56,463 nucleotides of DNA, from positions 1-56,463 of IMG/VR virus record IMGVR_UViG_3300025400_000023, one strand, 5' to 3'. Under the pieces are notes generated by a model. It made no database searches. It was not told where the DNA came from and was given only the letters and a program-made list of their open reading frames with translations. Source of the stretch: a virus (taxonomy: Duplodnaviria > Caudoviricetes). The position numbers were made by a program, and so were the translations under genes. Shown piece after piece: positions 1 to 6,408 of the stretch (the stretch's first letter is position 1; every line of letters starts with the position of its first letter).

Positions 1-25
1 ACCATCTCAATGATTTCTTCTTTAG

Positions 26-199
26 TCATTTTGCATCCTCCCAAATCCATCCCAACAATTCTGTTGTGTTTTTGATTTGTTCATTAGTAGGTTTTGCATA
101 CATTGCAAATTTTGTTGTATGTCCACCTCCATACAAACACCAATAACCAACTGGTTTAGGTGGTTTATAAATAGTAAATCCTGTTTTTTGTTCAGTCAT
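26..199 (-). CDS. small hypothetical phage protein
   Basis: ORF track 26..229; likely start MTEQK at 199, overlapping the upstream gene end. Confidence 0.6.
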   Translation of the reverse strand: MTEQKTGFTIYKPPKPVGYWCLYGGGHTTKFAMYAKPTNEQIKNTTELLGWIWEDAK

Positions 200-413
200 T
201 ATTTCCCCTTGCTCGGATTTTGTCCGCAATGATTTCAGAGTAATTACGCTCTAACCCATCTGCGTATGAGTCAGCAATCTTTGCACATTCCTCACGTTCT
301 TTTTCTGCTACTAGTTTGGCAAAGTAAGTCAGGCAATAAATCAACTCTTCATTTGTTTTATAAAGATAAAGCCCAGACAACTCAGCCATTTCTTCTATTT
401 CTTCATTCGTCAT
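192..413 (-). CDS. small hypothetical phage protein (EREECAKIAD-type)
   Basis: 73-aa ORF with the common phage motif FAKLVAEKEREECAKIAD...IRARG. Confidence 0.75.
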   Translation of the reverse strand: MTNEEIEEMAELSGLYLYKTNEELIYCLTYFAKLVAEKEREECAKIADSYADGLERNYSEIIADKIRARGNND

Positions 414-519
414 CGTTATTCCTTATAAAGACTGTGTACCCACATCTCCAACAGACCCAATGCAGCCGAGCCTCAGTCAGCTCCATCTCGCCCAAGAAAC
501 ATACAGGACAGTCATTCAT
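403..519 (-). CDS. 38-aa zinc-ribbon protein
   Basis: Translated by hand: MNDCPVCFLGEMELTEARLHWVCWRCGYTVFIRNNDDE; CxxC...CxxC; overlaps both neighbours. Confidence 0.6.
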   Translation of the reverse strand: MNDCPVCFLGEMELTEARLHWVCWRCGYTVFIRNNDDE

Positions 520-625
520 GAGCCATCACCATGTAGCCAATCCAAAAGACCAGAACCGCCAACATAGCCCCTATCGCAGCCGTGATCAGCGCCACCGCAT
601 AAATTACAAAGTCAATGAGCAACAT
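512..625 (-). CDS. 37-aa single-TM membrane protein
   Basis: Translated by hand: MLLIDFVIYAVALITAAIGAMLAVLVFWIGYMVMAHE; GGAGG upstream. Confidence 0.6.
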   Translation of the reverse strand: MLLIDFVIYAVALITAAIGAMLAVLVFWIGYMVMAHE

Positions 626-788
626 GCTTGTCCTCCAACAAAGGACCTAGCTTCTCCTTCAAGAGCCAGTTGTTACCCAGTAACCTCAGCGAACGAACCC
701 ACTTCCTCTGGTTCGCCCTGTTCTCCCAATACGGTATGTAATCCACATTCCATAACCGCCTGGCCATGCGTAAATAAGTAATATCCAT
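612..788 (-). CDS. 58-aa hypothetical phage protein
   Basis: Translated by hand: MDITYLRMARRLWNVDY...RANQRKWVRSLRLLGNNWLL...; strong AAGGAGGT RBS. Confidence 0.7.
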   Translation of the reverse strand: MDITYLRMARRLWNVDYIPYWENRANQRKWVRSLRLLGNNWLLKEKLGPLLEDKHVAH

Positions 789-811
789 TGCACCTCCTTG
801 TAGTTTGATGC

Positions 812-826
812 ATTATATCACAGGTT
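812..826 (-). promoter_or_regulatory. extended -10 promoter (TGnTATAAT)
   Basis: Minus strand reads AACCTGTGATATAAT just upstream of the RBS of the 788 gene; a near-identical motif lies at 1422-1436. Confidence 0.6.
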
Positions 827-862
827 ATCGTAAAGTATTGTAGTATTAACGCTATATTTTTT

Positions 863-883
863 ATTCTAGAACGGTTCTAGAAT
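863..883. promoter_or_regulatory. 21-bp palindrome ATTCTAGAAC-G-GTTCTAGAAT (putative operator, copy 1)
   Basis: Perfect 10-bp arms; second copy at 48513-48533. Confidence 0.55.
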
Positions 884-1293
884 GGCGGTAATCAAAGATG
901 TATTGGCTCTGAGATTCTTTGCCCTAAGTTTTAATCTCGCAGCTTTTTTCATTAACTACCACTGATGGTGAATGTGGGTGGACAAAGAACTGCCTAGGGA
1001 CGCACTCGGCTTCCCTAGGATTTACCACTGACGGAGCCATGCTACGTCTACGGACTTCAGGTGCTTTCCACTCTCGTGTCTAGCTTGGCCACCTGAACCC
1101 TGAGCGCCACCCGCAGACCGAACCACGGACACCCAGGGCATCACTCCCAATTGCGCTTGCACCTTCTTTGCGCCATACGTCACAGGTAAGAACGTTGTAA
1201 AACTGGTGGACTGCGGACTACGCTTTCGCTTCCTACGCTTCCCTCATGCCAGTCTAAAACCCGATAGACCCTGTAAAGACATTTGTGGAGGCG

Positions 1294-1420
1294 AAAAAAA
1301 ACCGCTTAGTGATGTATCCCAGTGGTTGTCTTGCTTAATAACTTTCCAACGTGTTATTAAGTAAGATGGTATACATCTCTAAACGGTCTTTGTACATCAC
1401 CAACCACAGCAATGTACGTT
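1294..1420 (-). ncRNA. structured leader RNA with nested stems and U-tract, CI/C4-like antisense architecture
   Basis: Stems 1301-1309/1379-1387, 1311-1317/1371-1377 and 1329-1342/1353-1366; poly-U follows on the minus strand; bulge CAACCAC is complementary to upstream GTGGTTG. Confidence 0.55.
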
Positions 1421-1421
1421 C

Positions 1422-1436
1422 ATTATAACACAGATT
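1422..1436 (-). promoter_or_regulatory. extended -10 promoter (TGTTATAAT)
   Basis: Minus strand AATCTGTGTTATAAT immediately upstream of the structured RNA. Confidence 0.6.
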
Positions 1437-1536
1437 TAAGGTATCGGCCCCCATAAAGCAGGGTAGAGGTTGCACAACACTTCTAAGAATTGCCCTCACG
1501 GAGCTAAACCGTTTTGCCGATGAGAAATAGTAGCAC

Positions 1537-1566
1537 AAAAAAAATCCCATCACATAGGATGGGATT
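1537..1566 (-). terminator. intrinsic terminator
   Basis: AATCCCATC/GATGGGATT stem followed by a U-run on the minus strand, downstream of the VRR-NUC-like gene. Confidence 0.7.
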
Positions 1567-1608
1567 AAACCAAACCCTCAAAGGAATGGCAACTGGATTG
1601 GATACATT

Positions 1609-1899
1609 TTACTTACAATTCTTCAGAATGTCAAGGGCTTCCCCTATGCTATTCACAATAGCCAACATTCCACCTTCCCACTCGTCAAAAAATTTCTGCT
1701 CTGCTGGCGTCAGACTTCGGGCAGATGTTGTTTTATCCCCATCTTTTACCTCCATCAGGATAGTGTAACCACGGTATCCCACCAGTAAATCTGGTATCCC
1801 ATTGCCTTGGCTGATGATCCGAACTGTTGCGCCACAGGCCCTCAAAGCCTCAACAATCTCATTTTGATTGGCATCAATTCTGTTTGCGTATCTGGTCAT
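1609..1899 (-). CDS. VRR-NUC-like / PD-(D/E)XK nuclease (possible Holliday junction resolvase)
   Basis: RIDANQNEIVEALR...GIPDLLVGYRG...LMEVKDG...LTPAEQKF; likely start MTRYANR. Confidence 0.75.
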   Translation of the reverse strand: MTRYANRIDANQNEIVEALRACGATVRIISQGNGIPDLLVGYRGYTILMEVKDGDKTTSARSLTPAEQKFFDEWEGGMLAIVNSIGEALDILKNCK

Positions 1900-1907
1900 A
1901 TAATATG

Positions 1908-1936
1908 TTGACTTTGTTGAATACACCTGTTATATT
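1908..1936 (+). promoter_or_regulatory. sigma70 promoter of the recombination operon
   Basis: TTGACT-17 bp-TATATT with TG extension; GGAG RBS and ATG at 1965 follow. Confidence 0.65.
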
Positions 1937-1964
1937 CCATAACCCAAAACAACTAGGAGAGGCA

Positions 1965-2192
1965 ATGGAAGAAGACGAGCTGATGGCGAGATCAAAAATA
2001 ATCTATGACCTGGCTGACGAGATTATAAGCCAACTGCACAAGCTGGAATATTTAGATACTGAATTGGCGGTGGCAACAGTCTCCGCAGCATATGCAAACA
2101 TAGCATTTAACTGTGATGTTTCTTTGCACGATGCAATAGATTTATTCGTAACTTTCTATAAACAAATGGTCCAAAAAGGAGCAGCACATTGA
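1965..2192 (+). CDS. hypothetical protein
   Basis: Start MEEDELM with AGGAGAGG RBS inside ORF 1827..2192. Confidence 0.7.
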   Translation: MEEDELMARSKIIYDLADEIISQLHKLEYLDTELAVATVSAAYANIAFNCDVSLHDAIDLFVTFYKQMVQKGAAH

Positions 2193-2365
2193 AGAACATA
2201 GAACTCAGGGATTACCTAGCGGCACACGCACCCACAATGCCAGAGGCGTTTGAGCGCAAGCGAGATCAGTTCAGAAACATCTCAGAAACTGGCCTAGAAC
2301 AAATGATCAGATGGCGCTATCACTATGCAGATCTCATGTTAAAGGAAAGAAATGCAACTCACTAA
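2189..2365 (+). CDS. small protein, LRDYxA family
   Basis: Translated by hand from TTG: ..ELRDYLAAHAP...RWRYHYADLMLKER; fills the gap with overlaps at both ends. Confidence 0.65.
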   Translation: MKNIELRDYLAAHAPTMPEAFERKRDQFRNISETGLEQMIRWRYHYADLMLKERNATH

Positions 2366-3224
2366 CAAGTTCAACTTACCTGAAACCATCATCAACGTCA
2401 TCAAGCGCCCGACCTATTCCAAGGGTAAAGCACATATCTCTGTGACCGAACTGATGACTGCACCTCAGATCGTGCTCCTAAAGCGCAAGCATTGGAATGA
2501 GATCGAGCAAGACGCCAGTGAAATGGTTTGGCAGATCTTTGGTTCTGCCATCCACGCAGTACTGGAGCACGGCAAGAGCGACAACCATGTGATCGAGCAG
2601 CGCATCCACGCCAAGGTAGATGGGTGGGACATATCAGGAGCTATTGATCTACAAGAAATCACACCTGACGGAATCATTATTTCTGACTACAAGACCACAG
2701 GCGCTTGGGCGGTCATGAATGAGAAGGACGAATGGCATCAGCAGCTTAATGTCTATGCTTGGCTAGTGGATAACGTCAAGAACGACAAAGTAATCAAGCT
2801 ACAAATCATTGCCATCATCAGGGACTGGTCGGCTAAAGAGGCGCAGATTAAGGAAGGCTATCCCCAGTCTCCCATTGTGACCATAGACATCCCTTTGTGG
2901 AGCATGGAGGAGAGGATTAACTATATCAAGCGTAGGATAAAGATGCATTCAGACGCCCAGTTCAATGCCGATATGGGCGAGGGTTTGCCTGAATGTGGCG
3001 AGAAAGATATGTGGGAAAAGCCTACATCATGGGCATTGATAAAGGAAGGAGGAGTAAGAGCAAAGAGGGTATACGACAACGAGGGAGAGGCAAAGCTGGC
3101 TCTGACCAAGGGCTACATCATAGAACACAGACCTGGCGAGAGAACGAGATGCAAGTCCTACTGTCAGGTTTCCCAGTTCTGTAATCAATATCAAACCTAT
3201 TTAAAGGAACAACAAAATGGCTAG
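2352..3224 (+). CDS. PD-(D/E)XK exonuclease (Cas4/RecB-like)
   Basis: GSAIHAVLE, SGAIDL, SDYKTT and QLNVY motifs; C-terminal RCKSYCQVSQFC cysteine cluster; next to ERF. Confidence 0.85.
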   Translation: MQLTNKFNLPETIINVIKRPTYSKGKAHISVTELMTAPQIVLLKRKHWNEIEQDASEMVWQIFGSAIHAVLEHGKSDNHVIEQRIHAKVDGWDISGAIDLQEITPDGIIISDYKTTGAWAVMNEKDEWHQQLNVYAWLVDNVKNDKVIKLQIIAIIRDWSAKEAQIKEGYPQSPIVTIDIPLWSMEERINYIKRRIKMHSDAQFNADMGEGLPECGEKDMWEKPTSWALIKEGGVRAKRVYDNEGEAKLALTKGYIIEHRPGERTRCKSYCQVSQFCNQYQTYLKEQQNG

Positions 3225-3474
3225 ACCACCAATCGACTGGAAAAAAAGATGCGTAGAGCTTGAAGGGCAAGTCGCAGCTTTAATGCGTGATAAGGCAAAT
3301 TTAGAGAGAAATTGTTTCGAGCTATCGTTTTCACAATCAAACGCTAAGACCGAGTCAGAAAATCTTAAGGAAAAGAATACAAAGCTTTATGGAATCATTG
3401 AGTATCTAGAAGACCACATCCATACACTTAACTCAACAATAGAAGATTTAAGGAAACCAAATGAGCGTACATAA
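3217..3474 (+). CDS. coiled-coil hypothetical protein
   Basis: 85-aa ORF coupled to both neighbours. Confidence 0.7.
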   Translation: MARPPIDWKKRCVELEGQVAALMRDKANLERNCFELSFSQSNAKTESENLKEKNTKLYGIIEYLEDHIHTLNSTIEDLRKPNERT

Positions 3475-4162
3475 AAAACTTATGGCAGTCAGATGCGATC
3501 TGCTGCGAACCAAACTGGAAAAGTCAGGACACAACAAGTTTGCTGGCTACAAGTATTTTGAGCTGGGTGACTTCATGCCAGCCACAATGGATTTGTTCTT
3601 CAAGCACGGCATCTGTGGTGTTGTTACTTATACACACGAGTACGCAACCTTACAGATCACAGACGTAGAAGACGGAACCATGATTGTGATTACCTCACCT
3701 ATGGCTACGGCTGCACTTAAAGGCGCACACGATATTCAGAACCTAGGAGCCGTTGAGAGTTATCAAAGGCGCTACCTTTGGATGACTGCGCTAGAGCTGA
3801 CCGAGAGCGATCCTATAGATTCAGCCGAGCCTATCAAAGATGTTCCAAAGCCAGTTGTAAGAACCCAACAGGATGTGGCTAGGGAAAAGTCTGCGGCCAA
3901 GAGTTCATATGTGCCGATAGAAGATCCATTTGCCATTCACATTTCTGTGGACCCAGAGGGTTGCACGGCTGAAGAGTTGAGCAAGGTTGTTATGGAAGCA
4001 ACAAAGATACAACTGGCCACGGCTAAATCTGTAGACGATGTGATGAAGATTTACCAAGTGAACAAAAAGATGTACGACTTGATAAAGGAAAAAGACGAGA
4101 GACAGCACGTTGCATTGCTAGGTCTTTTCAAAGAAACCAAAGATAGTTTAACCAAGGAGTAA
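3461..4162 (+). CDS. erf: ERF-family ssDNA annealing protein
   Basis: KSGHNKFAGYKYFELGDF and QNLGAVESYQRRY (ERF GxxxSYxRRY motif). Confidence 0.88.
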   Translation: MSVHKKLMAVRCDLLRTKLEKSGHNKFAGYKYFELGDFMPATMDLFFKHGICGVVTYTHEYATLQITDVEDGTMIVITSPMATAALKGAHDIQNLGAVESYQRRYLWMTALELTESDPIDSAEPIKDVPKPVVRTQQDVAREKSAAKSSYVPIEDPFAIHISVDPEGCTAEELSKVVMEATKIQLATAKSVDDVMKIYQVNKKMYDLIKEKDERQHVALLGLFKETKDSLTKE

Positions 4163-4164
4163 AT

Positions 4165-4428
4165 ATGGAATATCCAAATTCAGGCGCATTGTTTGTTAAC
4201 CAGTACAAGAAATCCGATAAAGCCCCCGATCACAAGGGTACGATTACTTTGGAGCGTTCGCTGCTCAAGAAGTTGTTGGACCTGTCCTCTGAGGATGGCA
4301 TACCAATTAAGCTAAGCGGATGGAACAGACAGGGGAAGAATGGCATGTTCATCAGTCTCAAGTACGATGACTTTGAGATTGCCAAGGTACAGGCCCCACA
4401 GATTGACGAAGGCGAAATTCCCTTCTGA
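4165..4428 (+). CDS. putative single-stranded DNA-binding protein
   Basis: NSGALF..KKSDKAPDHKG..LSGW; acidic tail ending EIPF; follows ERF. Confidence 0.7.
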   Translation: MEYPNSGALFVNQYKKSDKAPDHKGTITLERSLLKKLLDLSSEDGIPIKLSGWNRQGKNGMFISLKYDDFEIAKVQAPQIDEGEIPF

Positions 4429-4844
4429 TGAAGTCATCTAACTTCGAGGGCGTAAAAGTCGCTATGAAACAGGATAGATCGGGTTACATACTGACCCTTT
4501 CTATTCACCCTGACGAAGTGCCAGAAGAGATTCTGAGGGATTTTGTAGGCGCTCGATACCAAGTTGTGATGGTTAGGATAGGCGAAGATGAAATGCCATT
4601 CAACCGCAACAACCTTAGAAATCCTGTTCAGCTTGCAGGTATTCTTTGCAAGGACCCTATGTTCTGTAATTTCTTAGTGGAGATGGGGGAAATACAAGAA
4701 GAGTCTGAGGATGTTGTGGTCAAGTGGCTCAGGGCAAAACTAGGTGTTTTATCTAGGTCCGAGCTTAAAGATAACCGAGAAGCAGCTCAACAATTATTTG
4801 AAATCAATGAGGCATTCACAGAATGGAAACACCTAAACGCTTAG
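4428..4844 (+). CDS. hypothetical protein
   Basis: 138-aa ORF translationally coupled (TGATG). Confidence 0.75.
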   Translation: MKSSNFEGVKVAMKQDRSGYILTLSIHPDEVPEEILRDFVGARYQVVMVRIGEDEMPFNRNNLRNPVQLAGILCKDPMFCNFLVEMGEIQEESEDVVVKWLRAKLGVLSRSELKDNREAAQQLFEINEAFTEWKHLNA

Positions 4845-5128
4845 TCCCTTACTCTGTCTACCTGACAGAGGAGGTTTACAACAAAGTCAAGGAGGCGGCC
4901 AAGGACAGGAAGGCAGCCAGTATGGTTAGAGATGCCATCAATATGTTTATCGAAGAGAACAAACCTTATACCGCAGGGTACAAGAAAGCTTTGATAGATG
5001 TAAAGGCAATCATTAAGAAACAACCGACCATGATGTCTATCCATGTCAGTGGTAAATCTCTATCCAAGACTGTTTGCGATGAGATTGACAAACTGAAAGG
5101 AGTAAAAGATGCCAAGGAAAAAAGCTGA
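4823..5128 (+). CDS. putative ribbon-helix-helix DNA-binding protein
   Basis: PYSVYLTEEVYNKVKEAA...ASMVRDAI matches the RHH pattern. Confidence 0.6.
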   Translation: METPKRLVPYSVYLTEEVYNKVKEAAKDRKAASMVRDAINMFIEENKPYTAGYKKALIDVKAIIKKQPTMMSIHVSGKSLSKTVCDEIDKLKGVKDAKEKS

Positions 5129-5306
5129 TGGAGTTGCAGGTTTGGTCGAGGAAGAACACATCGAACTACCTGACATGAAGTTGGTGGATCTGTTTGCATG
5201 TTTTTGCATGATGGGCTCTATAATTGGTGACGATCCTGAGCGTGAGGCTGAATTGGCTTACGACAGGGCTTTTGCCATGATAGATGAAAGAAGGCGCAGA
5301 CTGTGA
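5109..5306 (+). CDS. small protein, LRDYxA-like family
   Basis: MKLVDLFA...AELAYDRAFAMIDER. Confidence 0.7.
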   Translation: MPRKKADGVAGLVEEEHIELPDMKLVDLFACFCMMGSIIGDDPEREAELAYDRAFAMIDERRRRL

Positions 5307-5593
5307 GCAAAGACCTCAAACGTTATTTGAGTGAAGTTGCAGACTTAGGATGCGTCCTTTGTCTGCACCTTGGATACGGGCACACTCCTCCACATTTACA
5401 TCATCCCAGAAACGCAGCTGGCGGAGGAGAAAAAGCCTCCGATTGGCTGGTCGTTCCACTTTGTCCAGAGCATCACACCGGCAATTCAGGATTGCATGGC
5501 CTTGGCACAAAGGGGTTTTATACACGCTACCGGCTTACCGAATGGAACCTGGTGGCCATGACCATAGAGCATCACTTCAAGGCTAGACAATGA
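5303..5593 (+). CDS. Ref-like HNH nuclease (recombination enhancement function family)
   Basis: LGCVLC...HLHH...VPLCPEHH...GLHG; GTG start. Confidence 0.78.
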   Translation: MSKDLKRYLSEVADLGCVLCLHLGYGHTPPHLHHPRNAAGGGEKASDWLVVPLCPEHHTGNSGLHGLGTKGFYTRYRLTEWNLVAMTIEHHFKARQ

Positions 5594-6408
5594 ACCCTTA
5601 CATCATCAATGAACCAACATGCATATCTTTTAGTGGGGGCAGAACATCTGGCTTTATGCTTTATAAAATCATTGAGGCAAACAACGGGCTGCCTGATGAT
5701 GCTTATGTTTGTTATGCCAATACTGGCAAAGAAGAGGAGGCTACATTAAGATTCATTGATCGATGCTCAAAGGAGTGGGGCGTTAAAATTCATTGGATTG
5801 AATATTTACCCGATGAACCTAAGTTTAAAATTGTTGACTTTGAAACGGCCAGTAGAAATGGAGAACCGTTTAAGGAATTAATCATTAAGCGGCAATATTT
5901 ACCAAATCCAGTAACCAGGTTTTGTACTTCGGAGCTAAAGATTAGGTCAATCAATAAGTACTTAAGATCAATTGGTTGGACGGATCACACGGAAAGTGAG
6001 GATTGGATTGGTATCAGGGCCGATGAGCCTAGACGAGCAGCCAAGATAACTGACAAAAGCAGAATTCCTTTATTTGTAGATGGAATAACTTCGGCAGATG
6101 TACACAAATTTTGGAATAGCCAGCCGTTTAATTTAGAGTTGCCATCTATCAATGGCAAGACTATGCACGGAAATTGCGATTTGTGTTTCCTAAAACCAGC
6201 AGCTCAGATTCTTTCTTTGATTCAAGAAAAACCAGAGCGAGGAGTTTGGTGGGCCAATATGGAGGCATTGGCATTGGCATCTAAGCCAAGCGGAGCAAAC
6301 TTCAGAAACGACAGGCCAAGCTATTCTTCCATGTTGGCATTTAGCACATCCCAAACGGATCTATTTGATCAGAATGAAGAAGGCATAGCTTGTTTCTGTG
6401 GCGATTGA
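5590..6408 (+). CDS. PAPS reductase (CysH/PP-loop) family protein
   Basis: ISFSGGRTS PP-loop, NTGKE, RFCT, GIRADE, NCDLCFLK, C-terminal CFCGD. Confidence 0.85.
   Translation: MNPYIINEPTCISFSGGRTSGFMLYKIIEANNGLPDDAYVCYANTGKEEEATLRFIDRCSKEWGVKIHWIEYLPDEPKFKIVDFETASRNGEPFKELIIKRQYLPNPVTRFCTSELKIRSINKYLRSIGWTDHTESEDWIGIRADEPRRAAKITDKSRIPLFVDGITSADVHKFWNSQPFNLELPSINGKTMHGNCDLCFLKPAAQILSLIQEKPERGVWWANMEALALASKPSGANFRNDRPSYSSMLAFSTSQTDLFDQNEEGIACFCGD

Noticed and set aside
266-781. 171-aa + strand ORF
   Set aside because: Antisense to four coupled minus-strand genes with better RBS and protein-like sequence
1335-1553. 72-aa minus-strand ORF
   Set aside because: Starts inside a terminator hairpin and runs across a promoter and the structured RNA; no RBS
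790-1600. tRNA genes in the intergenic region
   Set aside because: No cloverleaf with a T-loop GTTCRA and acceptor stem found by eye; tRNAscan-SE would be decisive
2352-3224. Cas4-like nuclease as evidence of a CRISPR system
   Set aside because: No repeat-spacer array or other cas genes seen; the ERF/SSB context indicates a recombination exonuclease
6263-6280. GGCATT x3 microrepeat
   Set aside because: Short in-frame repeat (ALALA); no evidence of function
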